Shown: positions 27,032 through 37,503, counted from the stretch's first letter. The stretch: DNA of 64,000 nucleotides from Betaproteobacteria bacterium UBA5216 (GCA_002412495.1 DHVE01000054.1:2419-66418), one strand, 5' to 3'. Numbers and translations: made by a program. The notes: generated by a model from the sequence alone, not told the origin.

Positions 27032-28035
27032 GCCGCAATATCCTCACTGTAGATCAAGTGCCGGCCACGGTACGCGAGTTCGTTGAAGAACGCGTCCACG
27101 GCCTCTAATTGTTCCTGGCAGGTTTCAAGCTGGTTCATCGCATGACGAAACGCGGCTGAACCCGCCAGCCCTTTGCTGTACCACGAGATGTGCTTGCGAG
27201 CGACGCGCACACCGCGCTGCTCGCCGTAAAAACCGTATAGATCGTGCAGATGCGCCACCAGCACACGGTGAATTTCGCGTACTTCCGGGGGCGGCAAATG
27301 GGTGCCCGTGTCGAGAAAATGATTGATCTCGCGAAACATCCACGGGCGACCCTGCGCTGCGCGGCCGATCATCACCGCGTCGGCCTGCGTGTATTCGAGC
27401 ACGTGCTTCACCTGCTCGGGCGTGCTTATGTCGCCATTGGCGATCACTGGTATGCCAATTTGCGATTTCACTTCGGCGATGGTGTCGTACTCGGCCTCGC
27501 CGGAAAAACCACACGCGCGCGTGCGCCCGTGTATCGCCAAAGCCTGGATGCCGGATTTTTCGGCGATCTTCGCCACCGTGACCGCGTTGCGGCTGCCCTG
27601 ATCCCAGCCGGTGCGTATTTTCAACGTCACCGGCACGTCCACTGCATTGACCACGGCATCAAGGATGCGGCCGACCAGCGGCTCGTCTTTTAATAGCGCG
27701 GAGCCGGCCATCACGTTGCATACTTTTTTTGCCGGGCAACCCATGTTGATGTCGATGATCTGCGCGCCGTTGTCGACATTAAAGCGCGCGGCATCGGCGA
27801 GCATTTGCGGATCGGCGCCGGCAATTTGCACGGAGATCGGATCGACTTCGCCTTCGTGGTCCGCGCGGCGGCGGGTTTTTTCAGAGCCCCACAGCAGCGA
27901 GTTGCTTGCCACCATTTCTGACACCGCCATGCCCGCGCCCATTTGTTTGCACAATTGACGGAACGGCCGGTCAGTCACGCCCGCCATCGGCGCCACTACC
28001 AGCTTGTTCTTCAATTTGTGTTTGCCGATTTGCAT
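27028..28035 (-). CDS. dusB: tRNA dihydrouridine synthase B
   Basis: [18 protein letters not shown]...[11 protein letters not shown]...KIRTGW...HGRTR are Dus family motifs. Confidence 0.9.
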   Translation of the reverse strand: MQIGKHKLKNKLVVAPMAGVTDRPFRQLCKQMGAGMAVSEMVASNSLLWGSEKTRRRADHEGEVDPISVQIAGADPQMLADAARFNVDNGAQIIDINMGCPAKKVCNVMAGSALLKDEPLVGRILDAVVNAVDVPVTLKIRTGWDQGSRNAVTVAKIAEKSGIQALAIHGRTRACGFSGEAEYDTIAEVKSQIGIPVIANGDISTPEQVKHVLEYTQADAVMIGRAAQGRPWMFREINHFLDTGTHLPPPEVREIHRVLVAHLHDLYGFYGEQRGVRVARKHISWYSKGLAGSAAFRHAMNQLETCQEQLEAVDAFFNELAYRGRHLIYSEDIAA

Positions 28036-28370
28036 GCGCGCGATGTTTCAATAAGCCAATGCAGGGAGGACGCGATTCTAATACCGCGTTCGTGGCGCGC
28101 AAAGCGGAAATTGATTAATTTTTGCGCACCATCGGTATCCTCGGCGTACATGCGACACTGCCCCATGCCAGGTCACAGAAACTCGTTATAAACCCAGATA
28201 CTTACCGGTCATTGTTCGCGCGCCACATGCGCACATTACGCTATGCGTTTGCGCGGAGTGGTCTTTTGAATTGGCGAGCGCTTATGCGCAAAAAAATTTC
28301 GTCCGCCATCTTGCAAACAGCCGCCGTTGTGGTATGCGGCGAAACAGTAAGAGCCGCGCGGATTTTATTA

Positions 28371-28444
28371 ACCGCGCGCACCGAAGATCATGCGCCGCGC
28401 GAAAAAAGTTTACCCTCGCGCGCCGAAGATCATACGTCGCGCGA
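28371..28444. repeat. in-frame 42-nt direct duplication of the ubiH-like 3' end including its stop codon
   Basis: On the minus strand: ...gcg cga cgt atg atc ttc ggc gcg cga ggg TAA act ttt ttc gcg cgg cgc atg atc ttc ggt gcg cgc ggt TAA TAA. Both copies encode ARRMIFGARG-stop, and all five differences are synonymous third positions. Confidence 0.7.
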
Positions 28445-29624
28445 CATAGTTTCGCGCGGGTGCGATGCTGCCGAGCAAGGTCATGCCCGCGCCGCGTGCG
28501 ATATCCAGCGGCATAAAATCATTGGAAAATAATCGCACCAAACTGTGCGTGGCCGCGATGGTGGCGTAACGGTCAACGCGCCGGTCTGCGTGATACTGGC
28601 GCAGCAACGCAGGATCCAATAGTGTTTGCACCGTGCCGGTGCGTAAAACTTGCGCCAGCTCCCACGCATCACGCAATCCGAGATTCAGGCCCTGCCCCGC
28701 CACCGGATGCAAGGTTTGCGCCGCGTTGCCAATGGTTACCAGGCCCGGTTGCGGCGTGGCGCCGGCGCCGAGGCGCAGTGTGAGCGGATGACATGCGCGC
28801 TGCGTAACGTCCGAGACGTGGGTAAACGCGCCCAAGCGTCCGCCAAACGCGTCGCGCAATGCCGCAAGAAATACTGTTGTATCGGCTTCGCGCAGTGCGG
28901 CCGCGCGTTCTGGTGCGAGCGTCCACACCAGTGCCATCTCGTCTCCGAATGGTAGTAACGCCAGTGGTCCGTCATGCGTGAAGCGCTCGTAGGCCACATT
29001 GGCATGGGGCCGTGACGTGCGCACGCGCGCGGTGAGTGCTTGCTGCGCGTAGTCGATTATCTTGGGCGGCGCGAGGCCGGCGATGTCGCCACCATCGGCG
29101 ATTACCACCAGATGCGCAGTGAGTTGGTTCAATGCCCCGTCCTGTATATAACCGAGGTACTGCCGGTCGCCGTCGCGCGACAGTGCCGCGGCACGTGCGC
29201 CCGCGCGGAAATCAGTTACCGTGCGCCGCGCAGCCTGCACCAGTGAGTTGTAAATATCATTAAAATCAAATACATATCCCAAGTGTGCCACGCCGGCATC
29301 CGCGGCACTGAAGGCCATGCGACCGAAGCCGCCGCGCTGCGAGACGTGAACGCCGTTGATCGTGCTATGTACGCCTGCGCGTGTGAGGGCGTCCCACGCG
29401 TCAAGTCTTTCCAGCAACAGGCGGCTGCCGTGCGACAACGCGATTGGACGTGGCTCGCGCGCAGCGGCCAGGTCGTGCGGCGCGTGTTCGCCGCGCGATT
29501 CAAGTACGGTGACGCGTAAATTGCCGCCGTGCGATGTAAGCGCCAGTGCCAGCGCTGCGCCCACCGGACCGCCGCCGACAATGACGATGTCTGTGTCAGT
29601 TGTCACTGTGGTATCGACGCTCAT
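28410..29624 (-). CDS. ubiH: UbiH/UbiF/VisC/COQ6-family FAD-dependent ubiquinone-biosynthesis hydroxylase
   Basis: DIVIVGGGPVGAALALAL (GxGxxG), GNAAQTLHPVAGQGLNLGLRD family motif, and pepP-ubiH linkage as in E. coli. ATG at 29622-29624. The symbol is tentative among paralogs. Confidence 0.8.
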   Translation of the reverse strand: MSVDTTVTTDTDIVIVGGGPVGAALALALTSHGGNLRVTVLESRGEHAPHDLAAAREPRPIALSHGSRLLLERLDAWDALTRAGVHSTINGVHVSQRGGFGRMAFSAADAGVAHLGYVFDFNDIYNSLVQAARRTVTDFRAGARAAALSRDGDRQYLGYIQDGALNQLTAHLVVIADGGDIAGLAPPKIIDYAQQALTARVRTSRPHANVAYERFTHDGPLALLPFGDEMALVWTLAPERAAALREADTTVFLAALRDAFGGRLGAFTHVSDVTQRACHPLTLRLGAGATPQPGLVTIGNAAQTLHPVAGQGLNLGLRDAWELAQVLRTGTVQTLLDPALLRQYHADRRVDRYATIAATHSLVRLFSNDFMPLDIARGAGMTLLGSIAPARNYVARRMIFGARG

Positions 29625-29647
29625 CGCAATCTGCGTATTCAGCGCAT

Positions 29648-30949
29648 TTAGCGCGAGGCCATCACGGCTTCGATATCTTGCACCGACTTGGGCGCGGCGC
29701 GCGTGAGGATTTCGCAACCGGCTTCGGTCACCACGACATCGTCTTCGATACGCACGCCGATATTGGCAAAAGCTTCGGGCACGCCCGCGCCGGGGCGGAT
29801 ATAACAGCCCGGCTCCACCGTCAGCACCATGCCCGGCACTAGCGCACGCCATTGTCCATCGAGCTTGTAGTCGCCCGCGTCATGCACGTCGAGTCCCAGC
29901 CAGTGGCCGGTGCGATGCATATAAAACTGGCGATAGGTTTCTTTTTCCAGCGCTTCCTGCAAGCTGCCGCCGAGCAGTTTTAAATCGATGAAGCCTTGCG
30001 CCAGCACTTTGACGGCCGCATCGTGCGGCGCGTTCCAGGTGTTGCCTGCCCGGACTTCGGCGATGGCCGCGGCTTGTGCGGCCAGCACCAGTTCATACAC
30101 TGCTTTTTGCGGGCCGCTGAAACGGCCGTTCACCGGGAACGTGCGCGTGATGTCCGATGCGTAACCATCGAGTTCGCAACCGGCGTCGATCAGCAGCAGG
30201 TCGCCGTCTTTCAGGGGCGCATCGTTGCTCACGTAATGCAGCACGCAGGCATTCGCACCGGACGCCACGATGGAGGTATACGCGGGCGACTGCGCGCCGT
30301 GACGGCGGAATTCATGCAGCAACTCGGCTTCGATCAGGTACTCAGTGCCGCCCGCGCGCGCGGCGCGCATCGCGCGCAGGTGCGCACCGGTGGAAATGTC
30401 GGCGGCGCGGCGCATGGTATTCAGTTCGTCGGCATCCTTGATCAGCCGCAATTCGTCGAGCAGCGTGTGCACGTCGGCGATGTCCCGCGGCGCGGCCACA
30501 CCGGTGCGGGCGCGGCCGCGCACCTCATTTACCCAGCCCAGCAGGCGAGCATCCCACGCGTTGTCGCCGCCGAGGTGCGCGTACACCGCCGGTTGATCGG
30601 CGAGCAGATCGGGCATACGCTTGTCGAGTTCAGCGATCGAATACGTTTCATCAAAGGCGAAGGTTTCCCTGGCCGCCGCCGGCCCAAATCGAAAGCCGTC
30701 CCAGATTTCGCGTTCTTCGTTTTTTTCGCGGCAAAACAGCAGATGGCGCGGCTTTTCGCCGGCGACGATGACGAGCACTGCTTCCGGTTCGGTAAATCCG
30801 GTGAGATGGTAAAAATAGCTGTCGTAGCGATACGGATAATGCGCGTCACGATTGCGCGTGCGCTCGGGCGCGGTGGGCACGATGGCTACGCCATGGCCAA
30901 TCAGTTGCGCGAGCTTTGCGCGGCGGCGGATATACGGGGCGGTGTTCAT
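29648..30949 (-). CDS. pepP: Xaa-Pro aminopeptidase (aminopeptidase P)
   Basis: DLLLIDAGCELDGYASDITRTFP...HRTGHWLGLDVHD...GMVLTVEPG are M24B metal-ligand motifs. Confidence 0.9.
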   Translation of the reverse strand: MNTAPYIRRRAKLAQLIGHGVAIVPTAPERTRNRDAHYPYRYDSYFYHLTGFTEPEAVLVIVAGEKPRHLLFCREKNEEREIWDGFRFGPAAARETFAFDETYSIAELDKRMPDLLADQPAVYAHLGGDNAWDARLLGWVNEVRGRARTGVAAPRDIADVHTLLDELRLIKDADELNTMRRAADISTGAHLRAMRAARAGGTEYLIEAELLHEFRRHGAQSPAYTSIVASGANACVLHYVSNDAPLKDGDLLLIDAGCELDGYASDITRTFPVNGRFSGPQKAVYELVLAAQAAAIAEVRAGNTWNAPHDAAVKVLAQGFIDLKLLGGSLQEALEKETYRQFYMHRTGHWLGLDVHDAGDYKLDGQWRALVPGMVLTVEPGCYIRPGAGVPEAFANIGVRIEDDVVVTEAGCEILTRAAPKSVQDIEAVMASR

Positions 30950-30959
30950 GTTGTCTTGA

Positions 30960-31649
30960 TTATAGCGCCCGTGGGTGACGCGTCAGCCGGGCGTCCAGCG
31001 TCGCCAGCCGTTGCGGCGTGCCGACATCATTCCACTCACCGCGAAAGTGCTCGCCCGATACACGGCCGTCGGCGATGGGGCTCGCAAGCTGTGCGGCAAG
31101 CCGGGCCTTGGCGCCCCGCACAATGTCCGAGAACAGCGCCGGATGGTAGGCGCCAATACCGCTAAACGTCAGACGTTCGCCATCGCTGGTGACCACGCGC
31201 CCGCGCAATCCAAAATCGCCGGCGGGATGATGTTCGGGGTTGTCGACCAGAACCAGATGCACGGGCTGGCTTGCCGACAAGTTTCGCGCGCGCGCCACAA
31301 GGTTTGCAAAGTCGTAGTCGCTGTAAACGTCGCTGTTGACCACCAGAAACGGCTGATTATCCAGTAGCGGCAGCGCCCATGCGATGCCGCCGGCTGTCTC
31401 CAGCGCCTCGCGCTCGAAGGAATAGACGATTTTCACGCCATCGGCGGCGCCATCGCCCAAGGCGGCTTCAATTTGCTCCGCCAGATGCGACACATTCACC
31501 ACCAGATCGGTCACGCCGGCGCGCTTCAGTCGCTCGATCACCCAGCCGATCAATGGTTTGCCGCCAACCTGCAGCAATGGTTTGGGCGTGGTGTCGGTCA
31601 GCGGCCGCATGCGCTCGCCACGGCCCGCCGCCAGGATCATCGCTTTCAT
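30960..31649 (-). CDS. murU: N-acetylmuramate alpha-1-phosphate uridylyltransferase-like nucleotidyltransferase
   Basis: MKAMILAAGRGERMRPLTDTTPKPLL sugar-nucleotidyltransferase N-terminus. Sits next to an amgK-like kinase and divergent from lptD, as in Pseudomonas. Confidence 0.8.
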   Translation of the reverse strand: MKAMILAAGRGERMRPLTDTTPKPLLQVGGKPLIGWVIERLKRAGVTDLVVNVSHLAEQIEAALGDGAADGVKIVYSFEREALETAGGIAWALPLLDNQPFLVVNSDVYSDYDFANLVARARNLSASQPVHLVLVDNPEHHPAGDFGLRGRVVTSDGERLTFSGIGAYHPALFSDIVRGAKARLAAQLASPIADGRVSGEHFRGEWNDVGTPQRLATLDARLTRHPRAL

Positions 31650-31656
31650 GGGCTGA

Positions 31657-32742
31657 TTAAAACGTATAGCCGATGCCGGGCGCACGGCCTTCGAGTTCGT
31701 CGAGCAACTTTGCGAAGGGCCCCAATTCGCGATAGCGCGTGCTTACTTTGCGTGCATATTCGATGAAGCGCGGCGTGTCTTTCAGGTAATGCGGCTTGCC
31801 GTCGCGGTAGTTGATACGCGCAAAGATGCCCAGCACTTTGATGTGGCGTTGCAGGCCCATCCATTCGAAATCGCGCCAGAACGTGGCGAAATCCTCGTTT
31901 ACGGGCAGACCGGCGGCCTTGGCGCGCTCCCAATAACGGATCACCCAGTCGAGTTCGCGTTCCTCGGGCCAACTGATAAAGGCATCACGAAACAATGATG
32001 CGACGTCGTAAGTGATCGGTCCATAGACCGCATCCTGAAAATCCAGCACGCCCGGATTCGGCGTGGAAAACATCAGGTTGCGCGGCATGTAGTCACGGTG
32101 CACATAAACGCGGGGCTGGGCCAGCGCGGCGTCAATCAGGCGTTTGGCAACGTCGTCAAAAACCTTGCGCTGCACCGCGGATAACGTTGTTTGCAGGTGC
32201 TTATCCACATACCAGTCCGGGAACAGATCGATTTCGCGCCGAAGCAGCGCCGCATCATACGGGGGCAATACGCCGGGCTGGCTGGCGCGCTGCCAGGCAA
32301 TCAAGGCGTCTATGGCATCGCTGAAACAGGCGTCCGGATTGCTGGCATCAAAACCATTCAGAAAGGTGGTGGTGCCCAGGTCGCTTAACAGCAAGAAACC
32401 GCGGTCGAGATCCTGCGCCACGATTTGTGGCACGTTCAGGCCGGCGGCCTGCATCAACCCGGCTACCCGAACAAAAGGCCGGCAATCCTCCTGTGGCGAT
32501 GGTGCATCCATCGCGATCCAGGTATTCCCTTGGGCTGTAATGCGAAAATACCGGCGGAAACTGGCATCCGCCGAAGCAGGCGCAAGGGAAAACGTGTTTG
32601 CTTTGAAGAAGTTACCCGCGAGCCATGCGTGTAGCTCCGTCAGCCGGGCATCTTTTTCAGTCAAAGCTTGGATTGCCTTAAGTTGGGATTTATGCGATTT
32701 TAGCACTTCGTCCCGCAGCGTCCCCAACGCCGAAATCCGCAT
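31657..32742 (-). CDS. amgK: aminoglycoside-phosphotransferase-fold kinase (anomeric MurNAc/GlcNAc kinase-like)
   Basis: Catalytic loop VHRDYMPRNLM and DFQD motif. Context with murU. ATG at 32740-32742; the 83-aa N-terminal extension in the track is rejected. Confidence 0.75.
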   Translation of the reverse strand: MRISALGTLRDEVLKSHKSQLKAIQALTEKDARLTELHAWLAGNFFKANTFSLAPASADASFRRYFRITAQGNTWIAMDAPSPQEDCRPFVRVAGLMQAAGLNVPQIVAQDLDRGFLLLSDLGTTTFLNGFDASNPDACFSDAIDALIAWQRASQPGVLPPYDAALLRREIDLFPDWYVDKHLQTTLSAVQRKVFDDVAKRLIDAALAQPRVYVHRDYMPRNLMFSTPNPGVLDFQDAVYGPITYDVASLFRDAFISWPEERELDWVIRYWERAKAAGLPVNEDFATFWRDFEWMGLQRHIKVLGIFARINYRDGKPHYLKDTPRFIEYARKVSTRYRELGPFAKLLDELEGRAPGIGYTF

Positions 32743-32768
32743 CCGAACATCCGTCACGCCTATTGTTA

Positions 32769-35096
32769 ATGACCGCCTGCCCGCGTAAATCCCGTATTGC
32801 GTTAGCGCTATTGTGTGCGTTGCCGGCCTTGGTTCCCGCCTTCGCGCTGGCGCAGCAGGGCCTGCAATTGCGTCCGCAGCCGACGCTGATCGATTTGCCG
32901 CCCACGAATAAAGACGATACGCCGATGTACATGGAAGGTGATCGCATGCAGGGCCACAACGACCGGGAAACCGAGGCGCAAGGCAGCGCACGGTTTCGCG
33001 GTCGAGGGCAGTCCATCGCCGCCGACTGGATGCGGCTCGACAAGCGCGACAACGAACTTACCGCCATCGGCAATGTGCGTATGGAACAGGGCGCGGAATT
33101 GACCGAAGGCGCGCGCCTGCGCTACAACCTCGATACCGACCGCGGGCTGATGGAAAGCGCGCGCTATTCGTTAAGTCCTAAGGATACCGGCAACGCGCCA
33201 GGCTCGACCAACACGGCGCCGGCATTTGATGCGCGCGGCACCGCAGACCGTGTGCTGTTTGAAGGCCCGGGCTTGATGCGCGCGCAGCAGGCGACGTACA
33301 CCACCTGCGAACCAGGCGACGATTCGTGGCTGATCCGTGCGCGCGACATGCTGATCGACAAGGACAACAACACCGGCACCGCGCGCGATGCTCAAGTGGA
33401 GTTTTTGGGCACCAACATTTTTTATACGCCCTACATGACGTTCACGCTGCATCAGGAACGCAAGTCGGGATTTCTTGCGCCGCACTATGGCACCACCAGC
33501 ACCAGCGGTTTTGAATTCAGCGCGCCTTATTACTGGAATATCGCGCCCAATCGCGATATGACGCTCACGCCGCGCATCATGGCGCGGCGCGGCCTGCAAC
33601 TGCGCACGGAATTCCGTTACCTTGACCCCCTGTACAAAGGGCAGTGGGATCTTGAATATCTGCCCAACGACAATGTTACGGGCGTGAATCGCTATATGAT
33701 GAAGATCAACCACACTCAGGCGTTAGGCATGGGGTGGTCGGGCACGGTGGATGTGAACAAAGTTTCGGACGGCAAGTATTTCACCGATATGTCGACGATG
33801 GTTGCCCAAACCTCGCAAACATATCTAGTCCGGCAAGGTGTCCTGTCTCGCGGCGGCACGTGGGGCAACGCCGGCACCTATAGTTTTTCAGCCTTGGCGC
33901 AAGGCTGGCAAACGCTGCAGACCGATCCGCTCGCGCCCCTGACGCCGCCGTACAGCCGGCGTCCGCAGCTCTCGTTTAACGCACAGAACCAGAACGTGCT
34001 GAAGGGAGACTTTGATTTTTACAGCAGCTACGTGGACTTTAGTCATCCCACGCTGGTAAACGGCAAGCGCGTTGTGGCGTATCCCAGCCTGTCGTTTCCG
34101 CTGACCACGCCTTACGCTTATGTAACACCCAAGGTCGGGGTGCACATGACGCGCTATTCGCTGGGTCAAAACAATACCACGGCATTGCCCGATGCCTCGC
34201 GCGTGTTGCCAACATTTACCGCTGACAGCGGGCTGTTGTTTGAGCGCGGCACCAATATATTCGGCAAATCGTATACCCAAACGCTCGAGCCCAAGCTGTA
34301 CTACGTTTACATACCCTATCGCAATCAGAGTTTGATCCCAAACTTTGAGAGTGGCGTGCAGGATATTAACTTTGCCACGATCTATTCCGAAAACCAGTTC
34401 AGCGGCAGTGATCGTATCAATGACGCGAATCAGATCACGCTGGGTGTGAACAGCCGGTTGATAAACCCGGACACCGGCGTCGAGGCGCTGCGCGCGGGCA
34501 TCGCGCAACGTTATTACTTCCGTTCGCCGGTGGTCACCCTGCCGGGCGTCGCGCCCATCAACAGTTCGAGGTCCGACCTGCTCGCGGCGGTAAGCGGCAA
34601 CGTCGCGCCCGGCTGGACAGCGGATCTCGGCTGGCAGTACAGCACTGACACCAGCCAGACGAAACGCATGAGCGTGGGCGCGCGTTATCAGCCGCAGCAA
34701 GGCAAAGTGCTGAATCTTTCGTATCGCCATCAGGCGAATTCGGCCGGTGCCACCGACGGTTTCAAGCAAATGGACATCTCGGGGCAGTGGCCCATCACCG
34801 GCAAGTGGAATGCCGTCGGGCGCTGGAATTATTCGGCGCAGGATAAGCGGCTGCTGGAAGCCTTGGGCGGGCTTGAATATGACGGCGGTTGTTGGGCGCT
34901 GCGTGTCGTGGCGCACCGCCTGTCCACCGCCACCAACGCCAGCACCAGCGCGTTTTTTGTCGAACTGGAATTGAACGGCATGACGCGGATCGGGTCGAAT
35001 CCGCTGGATGTGCTGCGCCGGAATATCGGTGGCTATACACGCTACGATCCGCGACAATCACGCCCCAACGAATATTTTGTGCCGGAACAACGCTAA
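32769..35096 (+). CDS. lptD: LPS-assembly outer-membrane protein LptD
   Basis: Signal peptide ...ALLCALPALVPAFALAQQ, OstA-like N-terminal domain, large beta-barrel, and lptD-surA-pdxA-rsmA synteny. First ATG at 32769. Confidence 0.9.
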   Translation: MTACPRKSRIALALLCALPALVPAFALAQQGLQLRPQPTLIDLPPTNKDDTPMYMEGDRMQGHNDRETEAQGSARFRGRGQSIAADWMRLDKRDNELTAIGNVRMEQGAELTEGARLRYNLDTDRGLMESARYSLSPKDTGNAPGSTNTAPAFDARGTADRVLFEGPGLMRAQQATYTTCEPGDDSWLIRARDMLIDKDNNTGTARDAQVEFLGTNIFYTPYMTFTLHQERKSGFLAPHYGTTSTSGFEFSAPYYWNIAPNRDMTLTPRIMARRGLQLRTEFRYLDPLYKGQWDLEYLPNDNVTGVNRYMMKINHTQALGMGWSGTVDVNKVSDGKYFTDMSTMVAQTSQTYLVRQGVLSRGGTWGNAGTYSFSALAQGWQTLQTDPLAPLTPPYSRRPQLSFNAQNQNVLKGDFDFYSSYVDFSHPTLVNGKRVVAYPSLSFPLTTPYAYVTPKVGVHMTRYSLGQNNTTALPDASRVLPTFTADSGLLFERGTNIFGKSYTQTLEPKLYYVYIPYRNQSLIPNFESGVQDINFATIYSENQFSGSDRINDANQITLGVNSRLINPDTGVEALRAGIAQRYYFRSPVVTLPGVAPINSSRSDLLAAVSGNVAPGWTADLGWQYSTDTSQTKRMSVGARYQPQQGKVLNLSYRHQANSAGATDGFKQMDISGQWPITGKWNAVGRWNYSAQDKRLLEALGGLEYDGGCWALRVVAHRLSTATNASTSAFFVELELNGMTRIGSNPLDVLRRNIGGYTRYDPRQSRPNEYFVPEQR

Positions 35097-35141
35097 CCGG
35101 GTGGATTCCTGCGAGTCAGTTGGCCGGCAGGCCTTACCGGA

Positions 35142-36476
35142 ATGCGAACTAACCATATGTTTTTAAACAGATTTCTATGTGCGCTGCCACTGGGCCTCTG
35201 CACCGCGCTGGCGTTGCCACCCAACGTGGGTGCACAACAAAAACCACGTCTCATCGTTACACTTGATCGTATTGTCGCGGTGGTGAACGATGAAGTCATT
35301 ACCCGCAATGATTTGAGCCAGCGCGTCGCGGTCGCCGAGGCGCAGTTGCGGCGGCAAGGCACGCCGGCGCCGGCGCGGCCGGATCTGGAGCGGCAGGTAT
35401 TGCAGCGCATGATCGCCGATCGTGCGCAACTGCATTTTGCCAAGGAAAACGGCCTGCGCGTGGACGACGTGGAGCTGGACCGCGCCATTGGCCGTATTGC
35501 CGAAGACAATAAATTGTCGACCGCCCAATTACGCGTCGCGGTGGAGCAGGACGGCGTACCCTTCACGAAATTTCGCGAAGACATTCGCAATCAGATTGTC
35601 ATGTCGCGGCTGCGCGAGCGCGAGGTCGACGACAAAATCATCATCACCGAAAGCGAAATCGACAATATGCTGGCCAATCCGCAACAGCAGGCGGCCGGCG
35701 CGGATGAATTCAATGTGTCGCACATACTGGTGCGCGTGCCGGAAAACGCCAACCCCGACCAGATTCAGGGGCGTCTCGATCGCGCCGAAGAAGCGTTGAA
35801 ACAACTGAAAACCGGCGCCAATTTCCGCCAGGTTGCCGCGGCGTTTTCCGAATCGCCCGACGCACTGCAAGGCGGCAACATGGGCTGGCGCGATGGCGAC
35901 CGGCTGCCGACCTTGTTCTTTGATGCCCTGCGCAACATGAAGGCCGGCGAATTAAGTGGCGTGCTGCGCAGTCCCAATGGTTTTCACATACTCAAGCTCG
36001 AAGACCGGCGCGGCGGGCAGGCGCCTGCGACCGTGCAGCAAACCAACGCGCGCCATATCCTGATCAAGGCCAGCGAACTGGTCTCCGACAACGAGGCGCG
36101 CAACCGGCTGCGCAATCTCAAGGAACGCCTGGAAAACAAAACCGATTTTGCGCAGCTCGCGCGTTCCAATTCCGAAGATACCAGCGCCTCCAAGGGCGGC
36201 GATCTCGGCTGGCTTTCTCCCGGCGATACCGTGCCGGAATTCGAGCGCGCGATGAACGCATTAAAGCCCGGCGAGATCAGCGAGCCGGTGCGCTCGCCGT
36301 TCGGCTGGCACTTGATCCAGGTCGTCGAACGGCGCAACGCGGATGTCTCCAAGGAGCGCCGGCGCCTCGTTGCGCGCCAGGCGCTGCGCGAGCGCAAGAG
36401 CGAGGAAGCCTACGAAGAATGGGTGCGTCAATTGCGTGATCGCGCCTACGTCGAATTGCGCCTGGAAGAGCGGTGA
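35142..36476 (+). CDS. surA: periplasmic chaperone / peptidyl-prolyl isomerase SurA
   Basis: DRIVAVVNDEVITRNDL N-terminal domain and two parvulin domains (GGNMGWR..., GGDLGWLSPGD...GWHLIQV). Confidence 0.9.
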   Translation: MRTNHMFLNRFLCALPLGLCTALALPPNVGAQQKPRLIVTLDRIVAVVNDEVITRNDLSQRVAVAEAQLRRQGTPAPARPDLERQVLQRMIADRAQLHFAKENGLRVDDVELDRAIGRIAEDNKLSTAQLRVAVEQDGVPFTKFREDIRNQIVMSRLREREVDDKIIITESEIDNMLANPQQQAAGADEFNVSHILVRVPENANPDQIQGRLDRAEEALKQLKTGANFRQVAAAFSESPDALQGGNMGWRDGDRLPTLFFDALRNMKAGELSGVLRSPNGFHILKLEDRRGGQAPATVQQTNARHILIKASELVSDNEARNRLRNLKERLENKTDFAQLARSNSEDTSASKGGDLGWLSPGDTVPEFERAMNALKPGEISEPVRSPFGWHLIQVVERRNADVSKERRRLVARQALRERKSEEAYEEWVRQLRDRAYVELRLEER

Positions 36477-37477
36477 ATACGCGAGCAGGCGGCGTCTCCA
36501 CACGCCTGCCGACCCTGGCCATCACCGCCGGAGAACCTGCCGGCATCGGTCCTGAAATTTGCGCGGCGCTTAAGACGGCAACATTGCCCGCGCGCCTGGT
36601 GATCATCGCCGATCGCGCATTGTTATGCGAGCGCACCCAAATCGATTGGCCTGACTTCGCCGGTGGTTGTACCGCCGTCGAAGCCGGCGTTAGCGTGCTG
36701 CACGTTCCGCTGACGGTTTCCTCGGTTGCCGGCAAGCTGGATGCCCGCAACAGCGGCTATGTGCTGCGCACCCTGGGCGTCGCCTGCGACGGATGCAGCG
36801 ATGGCCTGTTCGATGCCATGGCCACGGCGCCGGTGCACAAAGGGGTGATCAACGATGCCGGCATTGCCTTCACCGGCCATACGGAATTCTTGCAGGCGCG
36901 TACGCGCTCGCCGCATGTGGTCATGATGCTGGCGGGTGGCGGCATGCGCGTCGCGCTCGCCACCACGCATCTCGCGCTCAAAGACGTGGCATCGCACATT
37001 ACCCGCGCAAGCCTGACGCAGACGCTGCGCGTACTGCATCACGATTTGCAACGGCATTTCGGCATCGCCGCGCCGCGTATCGCGGTGGCGGGATTGAATC
37101 CGCACGCCGGAGAATCCGGGCACATGGGACGCGAAGAAATCGAGGTCATCGCGCCGGTGATCGGTGAATTGCGCGGCGCGGGCTTGACCCTTTCCGATCC
37201 CTTGCCCGCCGACACCCTATTTAATCCCGACCGGCTGAAACACTACGACGCAGTGCTCGCGATGTATCACGATCAAGGTTTGCCGGTGCTCAAATATGCG
37301 AGCTTCGGCGCGGGCGTCAATGTCACGCTGGGCCTGCCCATTATTCGCACTTCGGTTGATCACGGCACCGCGCTGGATATTGCGGGCAGCGGCAAGGCCG
37401 ATGCGGGCAGCCTGATCGAAGCCGTAAAACTCGCCATCAGCATGGCCAACGCCACTGCGCCGCGCCGCAGCGCCTGA
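36473..37477 (+). CDS. pdxA: 4-hydroxythreonine-4-phosphate dehydrogenase
   Basis: ITAGEPAGIGPE...FTGHTEFL...GLNPHAGE...DHGTALD are PdxA motifs. GTG start overlaps the surA stop (GTGA). Confidence 0.9.
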   Translation: MNTRAGGVSTRLPTLAITAGEPAGIGPEICAALKTATLPARLVIIADRALLCERTQIDWPDFAGGCTAVEAGVSVLHVPLTVSSVAGKLDARNSGYVLRTLGVACDGCSDGLFDAMATAPVHKGVINDAGIAFTGHTEFLQARTRSPHVVMMLAGGGMRVALATTHLALKDVASHITRASLTQTLRVLHHDLQRHFGIAAPRIAVAGLNPHAGESGHMGREEIEVIAPVIGELRGAGLTLSDPLPADTLFNPDRLKHYDAVLAMYHDQGLPVLKYASFGAGVNVTLGLPIIRTSVDHGTALDIAGSGKADAGSLIEAVKLAISMANATAPRRSA

Positions 37478-37503
37478 TTCCGCCATGCGCCAGCCGCCGC
37501 AGA

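Noticed and set aside
26772-27047. N-terminal 91-aa extension of purH in the ORF track
   Set aside because: It overlaps the whole fis gene in a different frame. The conserved PurH N-terminus ([13 protein letters not shown]) begins at the GTG at 26771.
28122-28532. 136-aa and 81-aa plus-strand ORFs in the dusB/ubiH spacer
   Set aside because: They have no motifs and no RBS, and they run into the ubiH-like 3' end antisense. The spacer is more plausibly the dusB-fis regulatory region. The only notable structure there is the 42-nt duplication, reported separately.
33888-35057. 389-aa ORF antisense to lptD, and 29996..31165 (389 aa) antisense to pepP/murU
   Set aside because: Same reasoning: the sense-strand genes are unambiguous and the antisense translations are low-complexity.
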